Shown here piece after piece: positions 44,101 to 52,907 of a DNA stretch of 64,000 bases. Below the pieces are notes generated by a model, which saw nothing but the letters and a program-made list of their open reading frames with translations, was not told the DNA's origin and did not search any database. Location of the stretch: contig CAWAGG010000006.1 of NCBI GenBank assembly GCA_963781595.1, positions 387,226 to 451,225 of the forward strand, read 5' to 3'. Every line of letters starts with the position of its first letter. Within the stretch, counting starts at the first letter, position 1. This stretch comes from an uncultured Actinomycetota bacterium (GTDB lineage Bacteria; Actinomycetota; UBA4738). A program made the position numbers and the translations under genes.

Positions 44101-44423
44101 GCCTCGTCGCCGCGGAGCTCGATCAGCCGACCGCCGTGCGCCGCGATGTGCTCGCGGGCGATCCCCGCGAACCGGGCGGCGAGCGCGGCCGCCGCCTCGT
44201 CCCCCCGTCGTTGCGTGAACGACGTGTAGCCGCGGACGTCCGCGATCAGGAACGTCCGGATCGCGGCCTCTCCCTCGGCGACGGCGTCGGTCGGTTGCTC
44301 TGCGTCGGTCACGGCAGCTGGGCCCCGGCGAGCCCTCGCCGCGATTATCGGGACCCGTCGTCGGTATCGCCAGCATCCCGTTCGCCGGCTGGTCGGTCCG
44401 ACGCTGAACGCGGATCCGTCCAT
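41163..44423 (-). CDS. multidomain receptor-like protein: class III adenylate/guanylate cyclase domain - TM helix - 6-7-bladed beta-propeller - family-5 solute-binding protein domain
   Basis: Cyclase core: 'IRTFLIADVRGYTSF...LIELRGDEALAVF...GIGLDAGEAV...GGALNLAARL'. TM: 'GILIGAVIAVLAATLIPIALL'. About 40-aa repeats: '(A)VWVAN..DGTVSRIDP.T......I.VG..P..IA'. SBP_bac_5-like region: 'GGTLTIVSPAETAPGSFDPAF...LVYDSLVGY...LVPDLATSLPTPTEGGTVYTFSLERNLLFSDGTPVRAGDVRRSFERAL'. It is a single 1086-codon frame. The start is uncertain, with GTG 44312 as an alternative. Confidence 0.82.
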   Translation of the reverse strand: MDGSAFSVGPTSRRTGCWRYRRRVPIIAARARRGPAAVTDAEQPTDAVAEGEAAIRTFLIADVRGYTSFTQRRGDEAAAALAARFAGIAREHIAAHGGRLIELRGDEALAVFGSARRAIHAALELQSAFVEQTEADPTLPLPVGIGLDAGEAVPVEDGFRGGALNLAARLCSRAGPGDVLASQEVVHLARTVPGARYEDQGEFQLKGLDHPVRAVRVLAEGSDLRSRIAPFVPEPIVPPRRRSFASRHRGILIGAVIAVLAATLIPIALLRKDAPAGLPGVSANSVGLLDPRTGTIRQEVGLHVVPSQVAADRTTAWVTSEADGSVSRIDLRSGSVQRIQAGSNPTGITYGDGAVWVTDSGNRSLERINPATDTVVQQIPVGNSPRSVAVGSGGVWVANSLDDTVSRIDPRTGHPSLTIPVGGTPVAIALGDGAVWTANSTDGTVSRIDLGTAPVVRSITVGNGPDAIAFADGAIWVANGLDGTVSRIDPATDTETDRLPVEEGPTSLAASGGSLWVASQFGAALSRIDLGTRRVTDHVALGSAPVGTAIGGGLLLVSTRGSPAGHRGGTLTIVSPAETAPGSFDPAFVGAGWPLLGLVYDSLVGYKRVGGIDGSTLVPDLATSLPTPTEGGTVYTFSLERNLLFSDGTPVRAGDVRRSFERALRLDRDQATLALGGIVGADGCSKDACDLSSGIVTDDAAGTVTFRLRSPDAEFLYKLALPPVAVVSGSSPMEKVSEGPPGTGPYMIGERTPTEVTLVRNPHFHLWSAAAQPDGFPDRIAWRSGGTADQAVARVESGDADYFGIQGDTPSKRSLAEIATSYTAQAHLSTLLATWSLYLNTRVQPFDDPRVRRALAYALDRDRMAALYPQKATVTCQVIPPNFIGYQPYCPYTVSPNPAGTWTAADLVKARSLIPASDEGETVTVWSWQGFAAVSRYVVGVLNDLGFHARLHATPDFFAFYQHVADSRNRAQIAGLYFLTSDPLPSELVDPTFTCDGFERASPQNFNVSEFCDPSLDALIRRATQTQVSDPHTSRVIWTKVDRELVDRAPAIPAVIPETLDLVSPRVGNYQHNPAWGVLIDQLWVR

Positions 44424-44533
44424 GGCACCTCGCTCGGGCTCCGAGCGGCATCTCAGGTCACGATCCCGTCCGTCGGCCGGTCGCCGTGGGAAAGGTCATC
44501 CGACGCCAGCGGCGCTCGGACCGTGCCGGCGCA

Positions 44534-45661
44534 TCACGAGCGGGTGGTGGCCAGATCCCGGCCGCTTCGCTCCGGGCGCGCGGTCGCCTGCGACGCGATG
44601 TGCCGGGCGACGTGCTCCGCGTCCCTGCCGACGCCGACGAGGACGGCCGACGTCGCCGCGAATTGGAACTCGAGCCCGACGAAGAACAGCCCCCTCTGCG
44701 TCGGCACGATGCCCCGCTCCTGTATCGGCCCTCCGCCGTCGCCGAAGATGGGCAGATCGATCCAGGAGAAGCCGTGCTGGAAGCCGGTGCACCAGATGAC
44801 GTTGGCAACATCGACGACACGCGCGTCGGCGAGCTCGGGGCGCCCGTCCCTGACCCCGACCGTTCGAGGCACCATCTCGACCCCTGCGGCGATGAGATCG
44901 GTGACCTTCACGCGGATCAAGGGTGCGCCCTGCGCGGCGAGCTTCGGCAGCACCTTCCGCCCGACGGGCGTCCGAAGCGTCAACACGTGATGTCCGATGA
45001 AGCGAACCACGGGGAGCGCGAACCGAGCGGTCGCCGGGCCGTGGCGGAAGGGGATCTCGCCCGATGGCGAGCCGGACACCGAGGTTCGATGCGTCCGGCT
45101 CACCTCGAGCGCGATCTCGGCCCCCGAGTTGCCCAACCCGACCACCAGGACCTGCCCCTCGTTCAGCTGCGACGGGTTCCGGTACGCGGACGAATGCATC
45201 TGGACGATCCCCCGCTCGAGCCGAGGGGCGAACGGTGGGACCCTCGGGACCTGGCCGGCGCCGCTCGCGACGACGACGTTGTCGGCCACGAACCGCTGGC
45301 CGCCGGCCGAGACGACGAAGAGGTCCCCGTGCGCGGTGAGCCCATCGACGCGGGTGCGCGTCCGAACCGGCAACTCGAACCTCGCCACGTAGCTCTCGAG
45401 ATAGTCGGCCATCTCGTCCTTCGTTGGGAACGACACGCCGCGTGCCGGGAACCGCATGCCGGGCAAGCCGTCATAACGCGCGGGCGTGAACAGCCGTAGC
45501 GAGTCCCACCGCTCGCGCCACGCATCGCCGATCCGCGGGTGGGCATCGAGGATGACGAACGGGCGACCGCGCCTCGCCAGGTGGTAGCCGGTCGCTAGAC
45601 CGGCCTGCCCGCCGCCCACGATCACGGTCTCGATCCGTTCCGTGGCCATTCCGACGTTCAT
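44534..45661 (-). CDS. flavin-containing monooxygenase-like NAD(P)/FAD-dependent oxidoreductase
   Basis: Two dinucleotide-binding motifs are present: 'VIVGGGQAGLATGYHLARRG' and 'VLVVGLGNSGAEIALE'. The C-terminal 'NVIWCTGF' is typical of the CzcO/FMO-like family. Confidence 0.8.
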   Translation of the reverse strand: MNVGMATERIETVIVGGGQAGLATGYHLARRGRPFVILDAHPRIGDAWRERWDSLRLFTPARYDGLPGMRFPARGVSFPTKDEMADYLESYVARFELPVRTRTRVDGLTAHGDLFVVSAGGQRFVADNVVVASGAGQVPRVPPFAPRLERGIVQMHSSAYRNPSQLNEGQVLVVGLGNSGAEIALEVSRTHRTSVSGSPSGEIPFRHGPATARFALPVVRFIGHHVLTLRTPVGRKVLPKLAAQGAPLIRVKVTDLIAAGVEMVPRTVGVRDGRPELADARVVDVANVIWCTGFQHGFSWIDLPIFGDGGGPIQERGIVPTQRGLFFVGLEFQFAATSAVLVGVGRDAEHVARHIASQATARPERSGRDLATTRS

Positions 45662-45814
45662 CCGTGCACCTCCCGTCCGGGTTCGGTCATGCGATGGTGT
45701 TCGGATCCACCGCGGGCCGAACGCTCCTCGGCAACACGCGGCGATCGTACGGGCGACCCCTGGGCCGGGGCTTCGGGAGAAGCACCCATCCGCCTCCCGG
45801 CGCCGTGGGTATTC

Positions 45815-47473
45815 CTATGGAGTCCGGCGAACGAAGTCGTGCTCGTACGCGTACGCCGTCGCCGCGGAGCGGGACGGGAGGTCGAGCTTGGTGAAGATGT
45901 TGCTCACGTGACGAGCGACGGTCTTCTCGCTGATGAAGAGCTCGGCGGCGATGGCCCGGTTCGTCTTGCCGGCGGCGACGAGCCGCAAGACCTCGACCTC
46001 GCGCCCCGTCAGTCCTCCTGAAGCCTGGACCGTCGGTTCCGAGAGCTCCGCGAGGAGCGTGAGCGCGGGAACCGCGCCGAGGTGCTCGAACACGGAGCGA
46101 GCCGCCCCAAGTTCCATCTCCCACGCATCGAGATCCCCGAGCTCCCGGCACGCGACTCCGATCAGGACGCGCACGCGAGCGGCGTCGTACGGCGCATCGA
46201 GTTCGCGCCACGTAGCGAGCGAGCGGCGTAGCTCGTCGAGCGCGTCCCGGGGCTTGCCCTCGGCCAGCGAGACCGCGCCGCCGGCGTACCTCGACGCGGC
46301 CAGGAGGAACGGTGCACCGACGTCATCAGCGATCGCTGAGAGCCCATCCGAGGCGGCCCGGGCCGCACCGACGTCGTCCGCGGAGAGCAGCACCTCGACG
46401 TACGCGGGGAGCAGCCTGGACCGACCCAGCGGGTCATGCGCCTCGTCGACCTCTCGCCTCAGTGCCGCGACGGCGGCACCGACCTGGCCCTGCGCCAGTC
46501 GGAGTAGCGCGAGGCCTGGATACGGCGTTCGGCTGTGCTCGCTGGCACGTCGGTATGCGGCTTCGGCCTCGACGGACTCGCCGCGGAGCCGATGGAGCTC
46601 GGCCATCTGATACAGCGCGGCGCCCACCGCCGGTTGGTCGGGCGGGTCCGAGAGCCGTTCGTGCGCCCGTCGAACCTCGTCGACGGCCTCCCCCCACGAC
46701 CCGTGGAGCTGCATGAGCTCTGCACGGTGAACGAGGCATTGGCCGCGGTAGAGCACGAGGTCGGGTTGCGAGTCGCACCAATCGCTGAGTGCTGCCGTCC
46801 ATTCCGCTGCACGACGGAGGTCGAAGACGTCGCGACATCCCTCGATCACTCCGCAGTAGACGTCGCCGGCCACGATCGGCGACACCTCGCCGGCCGTGAC
46901 CGCGACCATCGCTTCGTCGAGCAGCGCCGTTCCCTCGGTGATGTCGCCCATGACCAGAAGGCTCCGGCCACGACCCATCGACGCGATCGCCGCCAGATCG
47001 GGGTCGGCGAAGCGCTCGGCGATCTCTCCTGCCTCGACGAAGAGCTTCAGCGCCGTCGTCACGTCGCCGGCTTCGACGGACCCGATCGCGGCCGGCACGA
47101 GGAGGTACCCGGACTCGACGCAGTCCCGCCCGTGTTCGTCGAGGATGCGTCGGGCGCGGCCGAGCCACCCGGCACCACGGGCCATGTCGCCCTTATGCAG
47201 GAACACGAACGCGAGCCAGAACGCGCATCGAGCCGCTCGAACGGGATCGCCCGCACGCAGGCTCTCGCGATGCTCGCGCGTCCAGGCGGTGGCGCTCTCG
47301 TCGTCTCGTCCGATCAGGTAGGCCGCTTCCGCGAGGCGTTCGAGGTCGTCGAGCGCCAGCGGCGACCGTTGGTCAGCGGCCGACAGCGAGGCGACGGCCT
47401 CCCCCCAACCCCTCCGCTCGAAGGCCTCCCGCCCTCGACCGAGCGCGTCTCCGGTGCCCAGAAGCGCTCCCAT
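45815..47473 (-). CDS. LuxR-family transcriptional regulator with long TPR-like helical N-terminal region (no receiver or ATPase domain seen)
   Basis: The C-terminal HTH is 'LTGREVEVLRLVAAGKTNRAIAAELFISEKTVARHVSNIFTKLDLPSR'. The N-terminal about 480 aa is rich in A/L/E/R helical repeats. Confidence 0.85.
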   Translation of the reverse strand: MGALLGTGDALGRGREAFERRGWGEAVASLSAADQRSPLALDDLERLAEAAYLIGRDDESATAWTREHRESLRAGDPVRAARCAFWLAFVFLHKGDMARGAGWLGRARRILDEHGRDCVESGYLLVPAAIGSVEAGDVTTALKLFVEAGEIAERFADPDLAAIASMGRGRSLLVMGDITEGTALLDEAMVAVTAGEVSPIVAGDVYCGVIEGCRDVFDLRRAAEWTAALSDWCDSQPDLVLYRGQCLVHRAELMQLHGSWGEAVDEVRRAHERLSDPPDQPAVGAALYQMAELHRLRGESVEAEAAYRRASEHSRTPYPGLALLRLAQGQVGAAVAALRREVDEAHDPLGRSRLLPAYVEVLLSADDVGAARAASDGLSAIADDVGAPFLLAASRYAGGAVSLAEGKPRDALDELRRSLATWRELDAPYDAARVRVLIGVACRELGDLDAWEMELGAARSVFEHLGAVPALTLLAELSEPTVQASGGLTGREVEVLRLVAAGKTNRAIAAELFISEKTVARHVSNIFTKLDLPSRSAATAYAYEHDFVRRTP

Positions 47474-47628
47474 CCGTGAGCTTCGCTACGGTTGCCGGCG
47501 ATCGGAAGCGGGCCGGTCCACCACGAGGAACCTTACAGAACGGCCGTCGCCCGCTCGGCGCGATCCGGGGGGTCGGTGGGTGCGCCCCAGTCGAGGCGGG
47601 CGAGGTCGTGCCCGGGGGAGGGGCGCCG

Positions 47629-48048
47629 TCAGCGCGGTTCCATGATCGACTGGCCGACCTCGATCAGGTGGCCGTCGGGGTCCCGGATGTACGCGCGGAT
47701 CTCGCGGCCATGGTCCTTCGGCTCGGTCAGGAACTCAGCGCCCTTCGCCGACCACTCCTGGTAGGCCGTCTGGATGTCCGCGACGCGCACGTTGAGGAAC
47801 GCGCTCGTGCGGTTCGGGTCGGCCGGCGTCGTCAGGGTCACGGTCGGCTTGTCGTCCGTGGGACCGCCGCCCTCGTTGAGGATGATCCACGAGTTGGCGA
47901 CCTTCATGATCACCGGATCGCGCTCGATCAGGACCTGCCCGTCGAACAGCGACCGATAGAAGTCCCGCGACCGGTCCTGGTCGGACACCACGAGGAAGTG
48001 CGTCAGCACGAAGCCCTCGGTCGGCGCGGGGAAATCCTCCAGGCTCAT
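47629..48048 (-). CDS. VOC-family (glyoxalase/bleomycin-resistance/dioxygenase fold) protein
   Basis: 139 aa. 'LTHFLVVSDQDRSRDFYRSLF' and 'IRDPDGHLIEVGQ' are the two typical VOC half-motifs. A GGAAGGAAGG RBS precedes ATG 48048. Confidence 0.8.
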   Translation of the reverse strand: MSLEDFPAPTEGFVLTHFLVVSDQDRSRDFYRSLFDGQVLIERDPVIMKVANSWIILNEGGGPTDDKPTVTLTTPADPNRTSAFLNVRVADIQTAYQEWSAKGAEFLTEPKDHGREIRAYIRDPDGHLIEVGQSIMEPR

Positions 48049-48256
48049 ACGGCACCTTCCTTCCTGACCGGGTACCGGTCATCCGCGGCTCGCACGGCCG
48101 GGCTCGGGCGATCCCATCCCTGGTTGGTCGAACGTCGGCGAGGCGTTGCATCTTCCGGTGCCGCCCGCCGATCGGCCAGCCTATCCCCATGTGACTGGTG
48201 ACGAACGTCGACGGGTCCGTGGAATCGCTGAGCCTCGGTCCCGGTTGCTCCACCGC

Positions 48257-48772
48257 ATGGAGACGTGGGACGCGATCCGGGCTCGCCGGAGCGTCCGGAG
48301 CTTCACCGACGAGCCGCTGACGGAGGCCGAGATCGACCGGATACTCGAGGCCGGCCGGCGCGCGCCGTCGGCGGGCAACTCGCAGCCGTGGGACCTGGTG
48401 CTCGTGACCGACCGTGCGCGGCTCGAGGAGCTGGCCACCGTCTGGCAGGGCGCCCGGCACATCGCCAGATCGGCCGCGACGATCGCGATCGTGGCGCCGA
48501 TCACCGATGACGAACGGCGCGGCGGGTTCATCGAGTACGACCTCGGCCAGCTGACGCTGCAGATGGCCATCGCCGCGGCCGACCTAGGGATCGGGAGCGG
48601 CCACGCGGCGATCGGGGACCAGGAGCTGTTCCGACGCCTGCTCGGTGTCCCGGAAGGCTACCGTGGCGCTGCCCTCCTCGCGCTCGGCCATCCGGCGGAC
48701 CGTCCGCTCGCGCCGCTGGAACGGCCGAACCGCCGACCGTTCGACGACGTCGTCCACCGCGGCGCGTGGTGA
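48257..48772 (+). CDS. nitroreductase-family protein
   Basis: ATG 48257 (METWDAIRARRSVRSFTDEPL...). 'RRAPSAGNSQPWDLVLV' is present. The product is 171 aa. Confidence 0.85.
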   Translation: METWDAIRARRSVRSFTDEPLTEAEIDRILEAGRRAPSAGNSQPWDLVLVTDRARLEELATVWQGARHIARSAATIAIVAPITDDERRGGFIEYDLGQLTLQMAIAAADLGIGSGHAAIGDQELFRRLLGVPEGYRGAALLALGHPADRPLAPLERPNRRPFDDVVHRGAW

Positions 48773-48784
48773 GCGCAGCTCGGG

Positions 48785-51568
48785 TCACTGGTCGTCAGAG
48801 GTTCGCCGCCGCCGGTCGGAGCGCAGCCTGCGGACCAGTTTCTCCAGCTCCACAGCCCAGAACACGACCGTCGACGCGGCGAGGACGACGGCCAGCTCGG
48901 CGCCGTCCAGCGGCTGGACGTGCAGGATCTGTCGCATCGGTGCCCAGTAGAGCACCGCGATCTGGACGGCGAGCGTCCCGAACACCGCCACCGAGAGGTA
49001 CGGGTTCGATCTGAGTCCCAGCGAGAAGAACGACTCGCGCTCAGACCGAAGGGCGAGCGTCTGGAAGAGCTGCGCGCACGCGAGGCTCGTGAACACCATC
49101 GTCTGCCATGGGCGCCCCGATGCCATGCCCCAGACGCCGAGGACCAGCGGGATCGCCCCCATCAGCAGGCCGACGACCAGGATGTGCTGCCAGATCCCCC
49201 CGGCGAACAGGGTCTCCCTCGGCGGTCGCGGGGGCCGAGCCATCGTGTCGCGTTCCGCGGGCTCGACGCCGAGGGCGATCGCGGGAGCGCCGTCGGTCAC
49301 GAGGTTGATCCACAGGATCTGGATGGGCAGCAGCGGGAGCGTGAGACCGAGGAACGGTCCCAGGAGCATCACCCAGATCTCACCCGAGTTCGCGGTGAGC
49401 ATGTAGCGCACGAACCGCCGGATGTTGTCGTAGATCCGACGGCCCTCCTGCACCGCCGAGACGATCGTCGCGAAGTCGTCATCCGCGAGGACCATGTCGG
49501 CTGCCTCCTTCGAGACCGCCGTGCCTGTGATGCCCATCGCGACGCCGATGTCGGCGAGGCGCAGCGCGGGCGCGTCGTTCACGCCGTCGCCGGTCATCGC
49601 GACGATGTCGCCGCGCGACTTCCACGCCTTCACGATGTCGAGCTTCTGCTCCGGCGTCGTTCGCGCGTAGACCGCGACGTCCGTGACGTGTCGGGCGAGC
49701 CCATCTTCACCTTCGGTCGCCAGCTCCTGGCCCGTCATCACGCGTCGTCCGTCTCCGAGGACGCCCACGTCCGCTCCGATCGCCCGCGCGGTCGCGGGAT
49801 GATCCCCGGTGATCATCACAGGGAGGAGACCGGCTCGACGGCACGCGGCGACGGCGTCCCGCGACTCGGGTCGCGGTGGGTCCGCCATCGCGACCAGGCC
49901 ATACAGGATCAGGTCGCGTTCGGCGTCCTCAGGGCGCGGTGGCAGCGATCCGATCCGCGACCCGGCGATCGCGAGGACGCGGTACCCATCATCGGCGTAT
50001 GCCTCAGCGGCCCTCCTGGCTCGCTCGAGTGCATCCGCCGTGTGGGGCTCGGCGGCACGCGACAAGCTCGTGACGGTCGGAAGGATCGCCTCGAGCGCTC
50101 CCTTGGACGCGACGACGAAGTCCCCGCCCGGCGTCTCGTGCACCGTGGTCATGCGCTTGCGACTCGGGTCGAACGGCAGCTCCAACACGCGAGGATGGGT
50201 CCCCTCGGCCTGTCGCCGCTCGACGCCGGCCTTCCCCGCCAGCGCCAGCAGCGCACCCTCCGTGGGATCGCCGGTGATCTCCCAATCCGCGCCGGCGACC
50301 GGCGGTGGAACGAGCCACGCGTCGTTGCAGAGCGCGCAGGCGAGGAGAAGCTCGCGGAGCTCTGGGTCCTCCGCGGGCTCGATCGATCGCCCGGCGGCCC
50401 GGAACTCGCCCGATGGCTCGTACCCGGATCCCGTGACGGTGACCTCGCCGTGCCCCGTCCACGCGCGCTCGGCGAGCATCCGTCCCTGCGTGAGCGTCCC
50501 GGTCTTGTCGGAGCACACGACGGTCACCGATCCCAGCGTCTCCACCGCGGGGAGCTTCCGAACCAGGGCGTTCCGTTTCGCCATGCGCTGTGCACCCAAT
50601 GCCAGCGCGACGGTCGCCACCGCCGGGAGTGCCTCGGGGATGGCGGCGACCGCGAGACTGACCGCGGTGAGGAACATCAGCGTGGCCGGCTCACCGCGCG
50701 CGACCCCTGCGACGAATACCACCGCGCAGACCACCATGGCCGCGGCCGCGAGCCGCTTGCCGAGCACGGCGAGCCTGCGCTGCAAGGGGGTCTGTGGGGC
50801 CTCGTGGGCCTGCAGCAGCCCGGCGATCTGCCCGAGCGCCGTCGCCATGCCCGTCTCCGTCACGATGGCGGTCGCGCGTCCGAAGACCACGGACGTTCCT
50901 TTGAAGACCATGTTCCGACGGTCGGCGAGCATGTCTCCGTCCGCGCTCGCCAGCGGCGCCACGATCTTGTCCACGGGGATCGATTCCCCGGTGAGCGGCG
51001 CCTCGTTCACCCGCATGCTCGGCGCTTCAACCAGGCGGGCGTCGGCCGCCAGGACGTCGCCGGTCTCGAGCCGCATCAGGTCGCCGGGCACGACCTCGCG
51101 GGCCTGGATCGTCCGCGTCGCGCCTCCCCTCACGATGCGGGCGAGGGGGGCCGTCATCGCCTTCAGCGCGGCCATCGCGCGTTCGGCCCGGGACTCTTGC
51201 ACGAATCCCAGGACGGCGTTCAGCACGACGATGACGAGGATCACGATCGTGTCCTGGATGTCCCCGACGAACGTCGTCACGCCGGCCGCGACCAGGAGCA
51301 CCACGATCAGCGTGTTCGCGAACTGTCCGAGGAACAACCGCCATCGAGGAGGGCGGGGCTCCTCGTTCAGCTCGTTCGGACCGTGTTCGTCGAGGCGCCG
51401 GCGAGCCTCTTCGTCGGAGAGCCCCTCCACCGGGTGGGTATCGAGGAGAGCGGCGACGTCACGTGCGGACCGCGTCCACGGTGTCGCGACCGGGACAGGC
51501 TCCTCGATCGATGCCGCCTGTCCCGCGTCCGATCCGTTCATCTCCCCTGCAACACGCACGGGCCGCAT
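48785..51568 (-). CDS. cation-transporting P-type ATPase (P2/Ca2+-ATPase-like)
   Basis: Motifs present: 'LTGESIPV', phosphorylation site 'CSDKTGTLTQGRM', 'MITGDHPATA', 'MTGDGVNDAPALRLADIGVAMG', and the N-terminal 'LSDEEARRRLDEHGPNEL'. The start is ATG 51568 (GGGAG about 10 nt upstream), with ATG 51541 as an alternative. Confidence 0.9.
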   Translation of the reverse strand: MRPVRVAGEMNGSDAGQAASIEEPVPVATPWTRSARDVAALLDTHPVEGLSDEEARRRLDEHGPNELNEEPRPPRWRLFLGQFANTLIVVLLVAAGVTTFVGDIQDTIVILVIVVLNAVLGFVQESRAERAMAALKAMTAPLARIVRGGATRTIQAREVVPGDLMRLETGDVLAADARLVEAPSMRVNEAPLTGESIPVDKIVAPLASADGDMLADRRNMVFKGTSVVFGRATAIVTETGMATALGQIAGLLQAHEAPQTPLQRRLAVLGKRLAAAAMVVCAVVFVAGVARGEPATLMFLTAVSLAVAAIPEALPAVATVALALGAQRMAKRNALVRKLPAVETLGSVTVVCSDKTGTLTQGRMLAERAWTGHGEVTVTGSGYEPSGEFRAAGRSIEPAEDPELRELLLACALCNDAWLVPPPVAGADWEITGDPTEGALLALAGKAGVERRQAEGTHPRVLELPFDPSRKRMTTVHETPGGDFVVASKGALEAILPTVTSLSRAAEPHTADALERARRAAEAYADDGYRVLAIAGSRIGSLPPRPEDAERDLILYGLVAMADPPRPESRDAVAACRRAGLLPVMITGDHPATARAIGADVGVLGDGRRVMTGQELATEGEDGLARHVTDVAVYARTTPEQKLDIVKAWKSRGDIVAMTGDGVNDAPALRLADIGVAMGITGTAVSKEAADMVLADDDFATIVSAVQEGRRIYDNIRRFVRYMLTANSGEIWVMLLGPFLGLTLPLLPIQILWINLVTDGAPAIALGVEPAERDTMARPPRPPRETLFAGGIWQHILVVGLLMGAIPLVLGVWGMASGRPWQTMVFTSLACAQLFQTLALRSERESFFSLGLRSNPYLSVAVFGTLAVQIAVLYWAPMRQILHVQPLDGAELAVVLAASTVVFWAVELEKLVRRLRSDRRRRTSDDQ

Positions 51569-51610
51569 GTGCCGCGTCTCCCACGCCGGTCGCCAGCACC
51601 GGATCCCGTG

Positions 51611-52759
51611 TCACTCGATCACATGGATACCATGCCGCGCGCACATGTCCTTCAGCACGTCGGGCCACACGGTCACGCTCACCTCACCCAGGTGCGCCTT
51701 GCGCAGGAGCAGCATCTGCGTCCGCGACTGCCCGATCCCGCCGCCGATCGACAGCGGGAGTTCGCCGGAGGTGATCCCGCGGTGGTACGGCAGGTCCAGC
51801 CAGTCGAGCTGCCCGGTCATCTCCAGCTGCCGCCGGAGCGATGCGGCGTCGACGCGGATCCCCATCGACGAGAGCTCGTGCCGCCGCCGCGTGACCGGGT
51901 TCCATACGAGGATGTCGCCGTTCAGCCCATGCACCGGCTGGCCGGCCGGCGAGACCGTCTCGGTCACCCAGTCGTCGTAGTCCGCGGCCCGCATCTCGTG
52001 CGGGTACCCATCCGCGAGCGTCCAGCCGATCCCGACGATGAACACGGCAGGGTGCTCCTGGAGGATCATCGTCTCGCGCTGCTTGCGCGGGAGGTCCGGG
52101 TACCGTGCCAGGAGCTCCTCGGCATGGATGAACGTGATCTCCTCCGGGAGGTTCGGGTAGCGTTCGTCGCGCAACTGCGGGAACAGCTCTTGGACATGGG
52201 CCTCCGCCTCGCGCAGGACCCTCCAGATCGATCGAACCGTCGCCCGCAGGTACCCGAGGTTCCGCTGGTCCGCGGTCATGACGCGTTCCCAGTCCCACTG
52301 GTCGACGTAGGCGCTGTGATCGTGGTCGAGGAAGTAGTCCTTGCGCACCGCGCGCATGTCCGTGCATAGGCCCTCGCCGTCTCCCATGTCGAACTGCGCG
52401 AGCGCCATCCGCTTCCATTTCGTCGCCGCCTGCACCACCTGCGCGTCGATCGGGTGCAGCCCGCCGTCGTTCGAGATGTGGAACTGCACCGGGCCGCGCG
52501 AGCCATCCCGGTCGAGCATGTCGTTGACGCCCGACGTCGCGTCGACGACCAGGGGCACCTGCACCATCATCAGGTTCAGCTCTCGACACAGGCCGTCCTC
52601 GATCGCGCGCTTGACCTCGAAGATCGCCCGCTGCGTCTCCCGCGGCGTGAGCAGCGACGCGTAGTCGCGCGGGAGGATGCGTTCGAGCTCCTCGTAGCTC
52701 CCCACGCCCGGGCCCGCCAGGTCCGCTCGCTTCCGTTCGCGCAGCTCCTCGGTCCTCAT
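51611..52759 (-). CDS. asnA: aspartate--ammonia ligase (asparagine synthetase A)
   Basis: There are strong matches to E. coli AsnA blocks as I remember them: 'YVDQWDWERVM', 'DYDDW', 'LNGDILVWNPV', 'ELSSMGIRVDA' and 'SIGGGIGQSRTQMLLL'. A GGAGGGG RBS precedes ATG 52759. Confidence 0.9.
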   Translation of the reverse strand: MRTEELRERKRADLAGPGVGSYEELERILPRDYASLLTPRETQRAIFEVKRAIEDGLCRELNLMMVQVPLVVDATSGVNDMLDRDGSRGPVQFHISNDGGLHPIDAQVVQAATKWKRMALAQFDMGDGEGLCTDMRAVRKDYFLDHDHSAYVDQWDWERVMTADQRNLGYLRATVRSIWRVLREAEAHVQELFPQLRDERYPNLPEEITFIHAEELLARYPDLPRKQRETMILQEHPAVFIVGIGWTLADGYPHEMRAADYDDWVTETVSPAGQPVHGLNGDILVWNPVTRRRHELSSMGIRVDAASLRRQLEMTGQLDWLDLPYHRGITSGELPLSIGGGIGQSRTQMLLLRKAHLGEVSVTVWPDVLKDMCARHGIHVIE

Positions 52760-52907
52760 CGCTCACCCCTCCGCTCACGGCACCGCCGGCGGCGCGGGAG
52801 CGCCGCGGCCTCCTCCAGCGTGGGATGTCGGAGCGCGCCGCGCCCGGTGCGTTCGGCCCTGTCGCGGCCCGCCACGCGGCCCGTTCGGCCGCGATCGGCC
52901 GAGCCGG

